This document shows positions 29,444 through 38,593 of a stretch of 64,000 bases of DNA, in pieces (positions within the stretch are counted from its first letter, which is position 1; each line of letters begins with the position of its first letter). The notes beneath the pieces are model-generated. The model was not told the origin of the DNA, did not search any database, and was given only the letters and a program-made list of their open reading frames with translations. The DNA lies in the IMG/VR virus record IMGVR_UViG_3300028920_000059, positions 1-64,000 of that record; one strand, written 5' to 3'. This stretch comes from a virus. The position numbers and the translations under genes were made by a program.

Positions 29444-30178
29444 TTAGGCAGCCGCCAGCAGGTGGCGGAAGTCGTCCATTGCGCGGATCTGTTCGTGCGC
29501 GGGGGACTTCTGGAGTACGTGAGTGAAGGCATTGTACATGCCCCATCCGTTGCCGTGGTGCTCCCTGAACTCCGGGAAGGGTGACTCCCGGTACTCCTTG
29601 TCAACCTTGCCGACGCGGCTCCAGGGGAGCAGCCCCTTCCGGCCCGTCTCCATCAGGATGTGCTCGGCGGCCAGGTCTGACAGCGGCAGCTCCTTCATGG
29701 AGTTGATGATGCTCGTCACGCTGTCGGTTTTCTCCAGGTACGCTTCGATTCCTTCGCTGATGCTTTCGCGAAGATTGAAGTTGCACGTGTGGAGATGGCG
29801 CAGGGTCACGTCGCCACTCACCATGCCGTTGGAGCAGATAAATATCTTGGCCCCGACGGCGATCTTGAGCGCGAAGTTGCGCATGTTGCCGTGGTGGACG
29901 CCCAGGCTGAAGGTCGTGCCTTCGGGTGCCTCGCGGTTCGGAATCCTCAAGCTGAGGGATCCGGACAACACGTCCTGGGTCTTGCCGGCGACGTGCCACG
30001 TCTCGTCGGTGATCGTGACGTCACGTGTTTCCAGCTCGTTGACGATGGCCTCGGCCAGGTCGCTGTGCGGGATGCCCCGCCAGACGCGACCGGCGTTGGG
30101 CGGCCGGATCAGAGGGATGCTCCGTAGGGCTTCCCTTTCAATCTGGCCGGTGTTCTTCTGTTCTCTGAGGGTGATCAT
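29444..30178 (-). CDS. DUF932-like protein
   Basis: IPHSDL, GAKIFICSNGM, RHLHT, WGMYNAFT. Confidence 0.75.
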   Translation of the reverse strand: MITLREQKNTGQIEREALRSIPLIRPPNAGRVWRGIPHSDLAEAIVNELETRDVTITDETWHVAGKTQDVLSGSLSLRIPNREAPEGTTFSLGVHHGNMRNFALKIAVGAKIFICSNGMVSGDVTLRHLHTCNFNLRESISEGIEAYLEKTDSVTSIINSMKELPLSDLAAEHILMETGRKGLLPWSRVGKVDKEYRESPFPEFREHHGNGWGMYNAFTHVLQKSPAHEQIRAMDDFRHLLAAA

Positions 30179-30239
30179 GATAGTCTCTCCTTGGTGGTAG
30201 GTGGTGGGCCGAGCCTGTGACCCTGGCTCGGCAGAAGGG

Positions 30240-30425
30240 TCAGGCGGTTCCGGGATCGACCTCCCGGCCCAGGAGTTTGGCCAGCGCGGGGGCCATTTCC
30301 TCGCGGTCTGCCTGCGAGAGTTCTTTCACCTCCTCGCTGAATTCCTTGAGGCCCTGGCCGGGCTTATTCCCGAAGTATTTCTTGCAGGCCAGCGCAAAGG
30401 GCAGGGGTTTCTCGATCTGTGACAT
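30240..30425 (-). CDS. Small early protein
   Basis: AAAGGAG RBS; follows hairpin repeat copy 1. Confidence 0.6.
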   Translation of the reverse strand: MSQIEKPLPFALACKKYFGNKPGQGLKEFSEEVKELSQADREEMAPALAKLLGREVDPGTA

Positions 30426-30445
30426 TGGTTGCTCCTTTCTGAGCG

Positions 30446-30515
30446 GGTGGTAGGTGTCTCTCACTGCCTCAGCCCGGTCATCCCATGACGGGAAGCCGGG
30501 CTGTGAGGCTATGTG
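30446..30515 (-). repeat. Intergenic hairpin repeat, copy 1
   Basis: GGTGGTAGG-GTCTCTCACTGCCTCAGCCC...GGGCTGTGAGGCTATG. Confidence 0.85.
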
Positions 30516-30522
30516 GAAGGGG

Positions 30523-30708
30523 TCAACAATCGGCCTGCCGGGCTTCCTTGCAGGCCACATTCTTGCAGGCGACGACGACCCGGCCCGGAAGGGCGCGGAC
30601 GATGTCGCGCACCTCAGCCTGCTCGTCGGGGGTCAGGGTGTCGCCCAACTTCTCGCAGACCAGCAAAGTTATCAGGCGGTCGGCCTTGGCGTTGTCGTAT
30701 CGGATCAT
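30523..30708 (-). CDS. Small early protein
   Basis: AAAGGA RBS; between repeat copies 2 and 1. Confidence 0.5.
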   Translation of the reverse strand: MIRYDNAKADRLITLLVCEKLGDTLTPDEQAEVRDIVRALPGRVVVACKNVACKEARQADC

Positions 30709-30720
30709 GGGATGTCCTTT

Positions 30721-30800
30721 CTCCTGGTGGTAGGTGGTAGGCGTCTCTCACTGCCTCAGCCCCGCAGCCTGTCAAGGCCCGGGGCTGTGAGGCTATGGGG
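30721..30800 (-). repeat. Intergenic hairpin repeat, copy 2
   Basis: Same conserved arms, different central stem-loop. Confidence 0.85.
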
Positions 30801-30805
30801 CTGGG

Positions 30806-31051
30806 TTAGCGAGCAGGCCTAGCATCCGACAAGCGTAGTTCACGGTTGCAAATGTCGCAGGTGTACGGGTTGCCCTCGTCTATCACTATCTGGTAGACCT
30901 CCTCTGCCTCGCGTACTTCGCCCTCCTCGGTCCACGCGAACACGTCCTGACCCAATAAGCCTAATTCCTTGTGAACCTCCTCGTCGCTCATGCCTTGATG
31001 GCACGACCGGCAGATATCGTAGTAGGTCCCATCTTCGTCCTGGTAGCGCAT
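30806..31051 (-). CDS. Small Zn-binding early protein
   Basis: CRSC and CDIC; AGGAG RBS. Confidence 0.6.
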   Translation of the reverse strand: MRYQDEDGTYYDICRSCHQGMSDEEVHKELGLLGQDVFAWTEEGEVREAEEVYQIVIDEGNPYTCDICNRELRLSDARPAR

Positions 31052-31059
31052 GGTAGTCT

Positions 31060-31140
31060 CTCCTGGTGGTAGGTGGTAGGCGTCTCTCACTGCCTCAGCC
31101 CCGCACCGCTGGGAGCGGCCGGGGCTGTGAGGCTATGTGG
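31060..31140 (-). repeat. Intergenic hairpin repeat, copy 3
   Basis: Same conserved arms, different central stem-loop. Confidence 0.85.
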
Positions 31141-31145
31141 GGGGG

Positions 31146-31355
31146 TCAGGCGATGATGGACGCGACCGTCTCTCCGTCGATGGTCCCGGCAAGGATTCCA
31201 GCGCGGTGCTCCTCCTCGCTGCAGCACTGCCGGAGCAGCTCGTAAGCGGCATCGCGGATGGCGCCCTCGCGGTCAGCGGTCTCATACTCGCCGCTCTCGT
31301 CGATCGTGGACTGGCCGTCGGCGCTAATCCACTGGATGATATGGGTGTAGCTCAT
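31146..31355 (-). CDS. Small acidic early protein
   Basis: AAGGAG RBS before ATG 31355. Confidence 0.55.
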   Translation of the reverse strand: MSYTHIIQWISADGQSTIDESGEYETADREGAIRDAAYELLRQCCSEEEHRAGILAGTIDGETVASIIA

Positions 31356-31377
31356 GGTATTCTCCTTGTGGTAGGTG

Positions 31378-32274
31378 TTAGATGAGGGTGGCGTTGGTGG
31401 GGCGGGAACCAATGGCGAAGCCCCGCTCCTTGGGCTTGAGGGTGACGCGGGCCTTGAGGGTACGTCCCTTGATGGTGTCAAGAGTCTCATGGTCGCACAG
31501 GGAGTCGGGTAGGGTCATCCAGACCTTGTACCCGTCGCACTTGATCAAGGTCTTGTAAACGTCGCCGTAGAAGCTCTCCTTGAGCTTCACGGACAGGACC
31601 TCACCCTCAAGGTCCACGCGCCCGGCCGGGGCGTCAACGGCGGCGGCCTGTTCGGCCTCCCGCTTGGCGGCCCACTCGGCCCGGAGGGCGTCGGCGTTCT
31701 GGACCGTGTCCCACAGGCGCTGGGCGAAGGTGACCTGCTTCTCGGACAGGCTGCCGTACTTGACCAACTTCCAGTAGATGTCTATGAGGGTGACGGCCTT
31801 GTCCCACAGGCGGTCCTGCGGCTGGTCACCCCACCCGTTCGCCTTGATGTCCTGCGCCCACTCGGCAACGCCGGCTAGGCCGTAGTCCTCGTCCAACAGG
31901 ACCTTGGCTTTGGCGAGGCCCCGCATGCGCTCCCGGGCCTTCCCCGCCCGCTTCTGGAACCGGCGGAAGGAGGCGTCGTCCCAGCACTCAATTCTGCAGG
32001 CGCAGGTGGCGCCGAATTGGACCAGCTCGTTGGTGGGGAGGTGGATGAAGGTGGCGCCTTCGTTGTGGTGGGCACCACAGGCGTAGCACCGGCCCTTGGT
32101 GGCCTTTTTGGCGAACCCCCGGCCGGTGGCGTTGATGTGTTGGTTGACTAACTCACGGTGCTCTCGGTTGATCTCCATGGCACCCATATCAAATCCCCTG
32201 GGGGCAGTGTAGTACGCCAGGCAGCGGTAGTCGCTGGGGACGAGGTGAGTCTTGAGGTGGATGTTGATGGGCAT
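31378..32274 (-). CDS. Conserved phage protein with Cys motifs and OB-like C-terminus
   Basis: CYACG...FGATCA, GSLSEKQ, GRVDLEGEVLSVK; GGAG RBS. Confidence 0.6.
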   Translation of the reverse strand: MPINIHLKTHLVPSDYRCLAYYTAPRGFDMGAMEINREHRELVNQHINATGRGFAKKATKGRCYACGAHHNEGATFIHLPTNELVQFGATCACRIECWDDASFRRFQKRAGKARERMRGLAKAKVLLDEDYGLAGVAEWAQDIKANGWGDQPQDRLWDKAVTLIDIYWKLVKYGSLSEKQVTFAQRLWDTVQNADALRAEWAAKREAEQAAAVDAPAGRVDLEGEVLSVKLKESFYGDVYKTLIKCDGYKVWMTLPDSLCDHETLDTIKGRTLKARVTLKPKERGFAIGSRPTNATLI

Positions 32275-32300
32275 CGTAGGACTCCTTTTGGGTGTGGGGT

Positions 32301-32522
32301 TCAGAAGTTCGTGTAGGCTTCGAGGAAGGCGTTGATCGTCTGCCGACGCTTCGCCAACTTGCGACGGGCGTTGATGAATTCGCACTCATCGATTTCTTCG
32401 TCCAGCTCTACAACGATATCGCAGAGAGCATCAACGAAGATATTGGCGATGCGGGGATCCAGCTGGTCGTCATTGACTAGCAGCTTGATGAAGCGTCCGA
32501 AAGAGGCGGGAGGGTTGGTCAT
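32301..32522 (-). CDS. Small early protein
   Basis: First ORF after the early promoter; AGGAGTCCTACC-ATG. Confidence 0.6.
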   Translation of the reverse strand: MTNPPASFGRFIKLLVNDDQLDPRIANIFVDALCDIVVELDEEIDECEFINARRKLAKRRQTINAFLEAYTNF

Positions 32523-32548
32523 GGTAGGACTCCTGTTGTGTTGGCTCC

Positions 32549-32576
32549 ACTATAACGACTTATAGTTTCGTGTAAA
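32549..32576 (-). promoter_or_regulatory. Sigma70-like early promoter
   Basis: TTTACA-N16-TATAGT on - strand in an AT-rich gap; homologous to 51832-51859. Confidence 0.6.
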
Positions 32577-32683
32577 GAATATAATTCTCTTACGTTGTAA
32601 GTGCTTTTGCCACAATTATATAAAAGAGGGCGAGAATTTCCCGACCTCTAAATCCTGAGTACTAAGTTACTTATGCGCAGCAG

Positions 32684-33793
32684 CTAGTAGCGGCTCTTGC
32701 GCTCGGGCTGAGAGGCCTCCTCGATCTCTCGCCAGCACTTCCCGACGATGGATCGTAGCTCCTTCTCCCAGCTCTTGGCCTCGATGGCCTTGATCAACTT
32801 TTCGCGGGTCGCCTTGAAGTCAAACTCTCCGGCTTCAATCGTCTGCTTCTTTTTCTCCCACCAGCCCTCTTCCACCAGATAGTCAACGCAGGTACCGATG
32901 TCATCGATTCCGAACGCTGGATAAATGTCGATCTCCACCTCACGGAGCTTACCGGTGATGCGATTCTTCTTGATTTTGGCACCGACGTGAACGCCAACCT
33001 CACGCGTGCGGTTCTTCACCGTCTTGGTAATGTGGCCAGTGATTTTAGTCCATATCTCGGCGGTTGCATAGAAGCGAAGCGCATGGCCACCGGCGCGAGT
33101 CTTGCGCTCTCGTCCCATTCCCAAGTTGTCGCGGGTCTGCGACAGTACAATCAAGATGCTTCCAGTATCTCTGATCCCGTTGAGGACTCGGCGCATGCCT
33201 TCGCTATTGCGTTTGGCCTTGCCGTCGCCGTAGCTTCCGGCGTCATCGCCTTTCTTCCCTTCGCCACGACTGACCCGCTTGTGTGCGTCAAACTTATCTC
33301 CCTCATAATCGCTGGAGAGTCCGTCCATCGAGTCGAGGACGTAAATAAATGGCCGACCTTCTTTGATCGCGTCGTCCAGGTGGAAGTAGAACTCCTCAAC
33401 GGTAAAGCTGAAGGCGGGGTTGCCATCGTCGTCCTGCCCGGGGAATTCAAGGCGCTTGGCTACGGCTTTCCCGAACAGACGCTCAACGTCCATCAGGCAG
33501 CCGTCCTCAACATTATCGTAGATGAGCCGATAGTCCTTGAAGCGTCGGGAGATCATCGCCTCCGCGAAGCAGGTCATGCTGAGGAATGTTTTACCGGCCG
33601 CAGAGTCACCCACGAGAAAATAGTATTTGCCTTTGAGCAGACCACCGTGCGGATTATCGCTCAACGCAAGATTGAGCAGCGTGGATCCAGACGATAGAAG
33701 GTCCTTACGTGAGATCTTCTCTGGCTTGGCTGGCTTTTCTTCGGCCGCTTCGATGACTTCTTCGGCAGCCTTTTTGGTTTTCTTACCAGCCAT
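32684..33793 (-). CDS. recA: RecA/UvsX-like recombinase
   Basis: SSGSTLLNLAL, GDSAAGKT, YVLDSMD, LSQTR, GGHALRFYAT, KKNR. Confidence 0.9.
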   Translation of the reverse strand: MAGKKTKKAAEEVIEAAEEKPAKPEKISRKDLLSSGSTLLNLALSDNPHGGLLKGKYYFLVGDSAAGKTFLSMTCFAEAMISRRFKDYRLIYDNVEDGCLMDVERLFGKAVAKRLEFPGQDDDGNPAFSFTVEEFYFHLDDAIKEGRPFIYVLDSMDGLSSDYEGDKFDAHKRVSRGEGKKGDDAGSYGDGKAKRNSEGMRRVLNGIRDTGSILIVLSQTRDNLGMGRERKTRAGGHALRFYATAEIWTKITGHITKTVKNRTREVGVHVGAKIKKNRITGKLREVEIDIYPAFGIDDIGTCVDYLVEEGWWEKKKQTIEAGEFDFKATREKLIKAIEAKSWEKELRSIVGKCWREIEEASQPERKSRY

Positions 33794-34040
33794 TATTCGG
33801 TTCCTGTTTGTTGAGATCCAGCGTTGGAGCGAGGATTTGGTCAACAGCCGCTAGTAGGTGCATCACCGCTCCGCGGCAGAACAGCGGATGCCCTCGCAGT
33901 CCATATTCAATTCGGGCTTGCTGTTGGGGATTATTAGCCCGGAAGGCAGCGCACCAAACCAAGGCCATATCAGCTCGGGCCCCTGCTCGGCGCTCCAACT
34001 CCTGTAGCAGCTCTTTGCTTGGGATCGTAGTGAGGTCCAT
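33783..34040 (-). CDS. Hypothetical protein
   Basis: AGGAG RBS; 85 aa. Confidence 0.55.
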   Translation of the reverse strand: MDLTTIPSKELLQELERRAGARADMALVWCAAFRANNPQQQARIEYGLRGHPLFCRGAVMHLLAAVDQILAPTLDLNKQEPNNGW

Positions 34041-34230
34041 CGTTAGCTCCTGAAATAGTGCTGGATTCTGGCTTATTTCTGTTGCCGGTGGCCGACGCTC
34101 CGACGGGCGATTTACCGGTGCAGCCGTCGCTGCTGGGGATGCTATCTGTCCGCTTCTCCGATCACCGGGCGCCGGTTCCTTGCTATCCCGGGTCTTTCAG
34201 TGCGTTTCTGTTCCCTATCCCCTGAGGTTC

Positions 34231-35559
34231 TTATCCAGACGCCTCCTCGCACTCATCCCAGTACGGGCAGTCGTCGCACTCGTCGTGCTCGTCGAGGTCC
34301 TTTCCGAACGTACCGTTGGCAGGGCACTTGGGCGTCTTGGGCTTGCTACCCTTCTTGGTGCTGCCCTTCTTGGTGCTACCCTTCTTGGTGCTACCCTTCT
34401 TGGTGCTGCCCTTCTTGGTGCTGCCCTTCTTGGTGCTGCCCTTTTTCTTCTTGGGCGGCTCGGGCTCCTGTTCATCGTCATCTTCGTCATCAGGGTCGGG
34501 GATTTGCTTTTTGCCCGTGCCGTTGCAGGGCTTGCACTTCTTGCCCTTGCTGCTTTTGCCCGTTCCCCCGCAGGCGATGCAGACGTTAGGATCGGGCTTC
34601 TCGTCGTCCTCGTCATCATCGTCATCATCGTCGTCCTCGTCATCATCGTCATCATCGTCGTCCTCGTCATCATCGTCGTCCTCGTCGTCCTCGTCGTCCT
34701 CGTCATCATCGTCGTCCTCGTCGTCCTCGTCATCATCGTCATCATCGTCGTTGTCGTCGTTGTCGTCGTTGTCGTCGTCCTCCGGCTCGGGATCCTTCTT
34801 CTCCTCTTCCTCTTCCTCGTCGTCGTCCTCGGGATCCTTCTCGTCCTCTTGCAGGAACATGACGTTGAGCTTGTTGTAGTCCATAACCTGCAGCGACTCC
34901 TCCAAGCAGACAACCTTTTCCAAGATATCGTCCTCGTCCAGCTCGTCACGCTTCTTGAAGTCGATCTTGGTGGCCTTGAGGAACTTTCTACCGTTGAAGG
35001 ATTCCTCGCTGAAGCGCACGCGAAGGGTTCGGCCCTCCTTATTGACATCGAAGAAGGCCAGGTGCTCCTCGTTATCGGGATCCTTCAGCTCATCCTCCAG
35101 AGTCGCAGCGAACTTACCGCGGCTCATCACGAAGAGACAGATGCGCTCATCGTTCTCGGGATCCAGTACGTTATAGGCAACGTACCGCTGGGCGCGTAGC
35201 TCTCGGGTAAGCTCCTCATTCTTGTCCGCATCTTCCTTGAAGAGGCGATTGCGCTCCTCGCAGATCGGGCACTTCTTGCCGATGCTCTGCGGACAGACGA
35301 CGCTATCGGAGTTGGCACCGATACCGTGGTGGACGGCGAACGGGAACTTGTACCAGAGGACTCCCTTCTCGATGTCGTCGGGGTGCGTCTTGGACTTCAC
35401 CTCATACGGCACGATATTGATAGAGAATCGACCGGCCTTTTCCGGTACCCACTGGCCAACCTCCTCGGGGAGATCAAACCAGCTACTACCTCCTCCCGAT
35501 CCTCGGGCGGCGTTATCCCGGACTTTTTCCCGGGAGGCTCGTTTACGCTTGCGACTCAT
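34231..35559 (-). CDS. Single-stranded DNA-binding protein (gp32-like) with long low-complexity tail
   Basis: AVHHGIG..SVVCP..GKKCPICE core; long Asp/Glu tract, CxxCxGxG repeats, KKGST repeats; between RecA and UvsY-like genes. Confidence 0.7.
   Translation of the reverse strand: MSRKRKRASREKVRDNAARGSGGGSSWFDLPEEVGQWVPEKAGRFSINIVPYEVKSKTHPDDIEKGVLWYKFPFAVHHGIGANSDSVVCPQSIGKKCPICEERNRLFKEDADKNEELTRELRAQRYVAYNVLDPENDERICLFVMSRGKFAATLEDELKDPDNEEHLAFFDVNKEGRTLRVRFSEESFNGRKFLKATKIDFKKRDELDEDDILEKVVCLEESLQVMDYNKLNVMFLQEDEKDPEDDDEEEEEEKKDPEPEDDDNDDNDDNDDDDDDDEDDEDDDDDEDDEDDEDDDDDEDDDDDDDDEDDDDDDDDEDDEKPDPNVCIACGGTGKSSKGKKCKPCNGTGKKQIPDPDDEDDDEQEPEPPKKKKGSTKKGSTKKGSTKKGSTKKGSTKKGSTKKGSKPKTPKCPANGTFGKDLDEHDECDDCPYWDECEEASG
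34345..34448 (-). repeat. 15-bp coding tandem repeat (KKGST x6)
   Basis: cccttcttggtgct(a/g) repeats. Confidence 0.9.
34600..34830 (-). repeat. Asp/Glu-coding trinucleotide repeat tract
   Basis: tcgtcatcgtcc-type repeats. Confidence 0.9.
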
Positions 35560-35688
35560 CGTTGTCGCTCCTTTTCATGTTTTTGAGGGTTCGCATAATC
35601 CCGCGGGTGACAAACCTTGCTGTCACATAAAGCCACAGGGTTCCAACGATCCCCCCGGTGATGATTAGAATAACCAGGACGATAGGAT

Positions 35689-36201
35689 TCACTTCCGTTC
35701 TCCTCGGCGTCTGGTTCGTTTTCTCTGAGATTGGTTGACGGACTTCTCAACGGCCTGCTGGTGTTTCTTCCACTCTCCTACCAGATCGCGTGGAACGGAC
35801 GGGCCTGCAAAGTACTGCTGGCCATGAAGCGTGATCAGCATTTCGATCATGCGCTTACGCTGTTCCATTGCGTTAACCGCGGCGTCTAGTAGCTTGGCGT
35901 TGGATCGGGCGTTGTAAAAATTGTCAAACGCCTCCTGGTACTTTTCGGTATCTTTGATTGCCGCCGTTACGGATCCTTCGGTTACTTTGGTGACTCCGAA
36001 GTCCGCTGGGCTACGTCGGCATTCATTCTCCAACTTGGCAACAGTGATGTCAAGCTTTAGCTTGGCTCTATCAACCTCGGCGTGTGCTTCAATCGCCCGC
36101 TCGGACCATTTGAAGTATAGCTCGGCCTGACGGACGCATTCAACATCCAGTTGACCGGGGTCAATAGTCTTGTCTTGCTGAAATTCGTTTTTGTCCATCA
36201 C
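35689..36201 (-). CDS. UvsY-like recombination mediator (putative)
   Basis: ID...LD.EC.RQAELY...K.TE..V...I...Y...AMEQRKRMI helical pattern; next to SSB and RecA. Confidence 0.6.
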   Translation of the reverse strand: MMDKNEFQQDKTIDPGQLDVECVRQAELYFKWSERAIEAHAEVDRAKLKLDITVAKLENECRRSPADFGVTKVTEGSVTAAIKDTEKYQEAFDNFYNARSNAKLLDAAVNAMEQRKRMIEMLITLHGQQYFAGPSVPRDLVGEWKKHQQAVEKSVNQSQRKRTRRRGERK

Positions 36202-36215
36202 TATATTATCGCAGT

Positions 36216-37130
36216 TCAGTTAGTATAGATGGCTTCAAAGCACGCACGAATGAGACCGGCGGCTTTGCTATCGTAGAAGTTGTCCTCAAAGGCGCGAATG
36301 ATATTATACGCCTTTACGCTTTTCTTGTTGAGTAGTACCTGGCGTGCATAGCCAAGAACCGAATAGCGAATTTTCTCAGGATCACCCTTGAGGTTTTTCA
36401 AGATGCCTTGAATCTTGCGCCAGTCAGAGTTGTTGATGAGCGCCCGACACAATTCAATCGCCTCCTTCTCGTCGGCTGCCTTTTGTTGAATTGCGGCGAC
36501 CCGCTCCTCTGGCTTGAGATTGAGGGCTTTATCCAGCAAGACCATTGCGGTACGGGCAGACCCTTGAGCGTTTTCTACGATCTCGTCGCGGACTTCGCTG
36601 GTGATCTTCGCCTTCTCGCGTTTACACGTCTTATCTACTAACTTCTCCAGCTCCTCGTAGGTGAGTAGCCTGACGGGCATCTCGCAGCACCGCGTCAGTA
36701 TAGTCTTCAGTAGTTTCTGCGGATCCGTCGTGCAGAGTAAGAAGTAAACGTGAGGCGGAGTATCTTCCAGAATCTTGAGAGCTGCGTTCTGGCCATCGCG
36801 ACTGAGCTGATGAACCTCATCCAGTAGCCAGATACGAACCTTACCGCCGGTCGGTGCCAGGTGCATTAGTCGGCTGATCTCACGGATAGTGTCGATACCA
36901 CGGAAGTCGGAGCAGTTCAGCTCCTTGTAGTCCATGTCGTGGCAGTTGAGTTTGGTCCGAACGATACGTGCGAGTGTTGTCTTTCCACAACCAGAGGGGC
37001 CGTGGAAGAGGAGAGTATGCGGAAGCGTTTCCTTCTCCAGCATATTGGTCAGAGCCGCAACTGTCTGCTCTGCACCTAAGACGGCGCGAAGCGTGCGCGG
37101 GCGATGCTTCTTGTAAAGTTCATCCGGCAT
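36216..37130 (-). CDS. dnaX: DNA polymerase III gamma/tau-like clamp loader
   Basis: LYKKHRP, GPSGCGKTT, LLDEVH, QNAALKILE, TILTRC, GSAR. Confidence 0.9.
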   Translation of the reverse strand: MPDELYKKHRPRTLRAVLGAEQTVAALTNMLEKETLPHTLLFHGPSGCGKTTLARIVRTKLNCHDMDYKELNCSDFRGIDTIREISRLMHLAPTGGKVRIWLLDEVHQLSRDGQNAALKILEDTPPHVYFLLCTTDPQKLLKTILTRCCEMPVRLLTYEELEKLVDKTCKREKAKITSEVRDEIVENAQGSARTAMVLLDKALNLKPEERVAAIQQKAADEKEAIELCRALINNSDWRKIQGILKNLKGDPEKIRYSVLGYARQVLLNKKSVKAYNIIRAFEDNFYDSKAAGLIRACFEAIYTN

Positions 37131-38274
37131 CGGACTCTCCCTTTTCCTTCTTGCTAAGGAACATCTCATACTCATTCGACTCAGCGATAGGAACTACGCC
37201 GTCCCGAAGGATCGGCTTGTTCTTGAATTTATCGTAGTTGACTGAGTGGTGCCAACGACCGAAGCGCCAAGCAATCTTGACTACGTCCGGGTGTTGCTTC
37301 TGGAGGCTCTTGGCGAATTTCAACCGATAGTCTCCTTCCTCATAGACATTGTCGGTATTACCGCCCTTGATCCCACTCTTGCCGTCGCCCTTATGGGTCT
37401 GCGCTTTACTCATAAAGAGAGCGCGGAAGAGCAACGTGCAGTATCCCTTCTTGAGAAGCCGCAGGGAGAGATCGGTATCCTCATTGTACTTGCCACGCCA
37501 CTTGGTGTTGAGCGAGTTGTCCAAGAGGATGCATGAGTAGACTCGGTGGTTGAAGATGTAAGGAGCAACGGGCAGACGGTCGGTAATGAACGCACGATTA
37601 TGTGGACCGGCCATCACCACATTTTCGTAGCGGTCAACAAAATTCTCCATCGCTTGGAAGAAACCACCGCCGCGCACGATCAGCCGTCGATTGAAATTCG
37701 TGCGCCCGAAGTCCACGATGTTATCATCCATAATCCAGTGGCGCTTGAACTCTCGCTCACGCGACCAGTTCCAGATGAAGTTACGGGCTGGGATGGATCC
37801 CTTCCCGAGATCGTGGAAAGGCATTGCTACGACGCGATCCTCGCCGAGCTGTTCGATGTACTCGTCAGCTTCGGTCTCCTCAACGAAGAACTTGTGACTG
37901 ACACCCATGCCTGCCAGAACACGACCGGTGCTCTGATTCTTAGCTCGGCCCTTCGATGGGATGCAGACGGGATACTTGCTGTCCGTCGGTGGACCATCGT
38001 AGCAGTATACGCCCTGTTCGATGGCGGGCTGGTTCGGAAACCATGCGCTATTCTGCCGAAGAATCTTGCAGCCGGTCAACTCCTCAAACTTTCGCATGTC
38101 CTCACGAGTCACGAAGTTGAGCGTTACCTGGAACTGCGGCGAGACATCGCGCTGAATATATTCAGGCATGCCCCACCAGACCTTGCGCCATGATTCGGTA
38201 GACTTGATCAACGGAGCCGCTCGGCTCTCCCGAGCTGGACGGGTGATCTCCTTGAGGATTCGTTTCTTGCGCAT
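37120..38274 (-). CDS. TET-associated (TAGT/GREB1-like) glycosyltransferase with N-terminal fusion
   Basis: YPVCIPSKGR, ARNFIW, HWIMDDNI, YSCILL, WRGKYNEDTDLSLRLL, KGGNT, HPDVV..RFGRWHH. Confidence 0.75.
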   Translation of the reverse strand: MRKKRILKEITRPARESRAAPLIKSTESWRKVWWGMPEYIQRDVSPQFQVTLNFVTREDMRKFEELTGCKILRQNSAWFPNQPAIEQGVYCYDGPPTDSKYPVCIPSKGRAKNQSTGRVLAGMGVSHKFFVEETEADEYIEQLGEDRVVAMPFHDLGKGSIPARNFIWNWSREREFKRHWIMDDNIVDFGRTNFNRRLIVRGGGFFQAMENFVDRYENVVMAGPHNRAFITDRLPVAPYIFNHRVYSCILLDNSLNTKWRGKYNEDTDLSLRLLKKGYCTLLFRALFMSKAQTHKGDGKSGIKGGNTDNVYEEGDYRLKFAKSLQKQHPDVVKIAWRFGRWHHSVNYDKFKNKPILRDGVVPIAESNEYEMFLSKKEKGESDAG

Positions 38275-38275
38275 G

Positions 38276-38593
38276 TCAACTCTCCGTCTCTTTTATATCG
38301 CTGGCTGGCTTCTCTTTCGCCCAGAGGAAGTTTGCTATTTCAACCAGCACTTCATTCTCCAGCAATCGTAGGTGGATACAGTTGCGTTGCTGCTTATTCG
38401 GGAAAGCATCTCCATAGATGATGTCGCCCAGAAGTCCAGGGTTGATTCTTGCACGACGCCCGAGCTTGACCATTCCGGAGCGCAGCAGTCTCTCTTGAAG
38501 CAGGTATTCTAGGAACTTGCCATAGATAGTTCGCTGAACGGGCTTCCCGCCAAAGCGTTTTCTGGATTTCTGGAAGTGGAAGTCAGCCGGCAA
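38276..38593 (-). CDS. Hypothetical protein, possibly HTH
   Basis: LGRRARINPGLLGDIIYG. Confidence 0.45.
   Translation of the reverse strand: MPADFHFQKSRKRFGGKPVQRTIYGKFLEYLLQERLLRSGMVKLGRRARINPGLLGDIIYGDAFPNKQQRNCIHLRLLENEVLVEIANFLWAKEKPASDIKETES

Noticed and set aside
30446-31140. attC sites or intrinsic terminators for the early hairpin repeats
   Set aside because: They lack RYYYAAC/GTTRRRY ends and U-tracts.
34180-35199. Poly-Val/Ser/Thr alternative-frame ORFs
   Set aside because: By-products of the repeats in the SSB gene.
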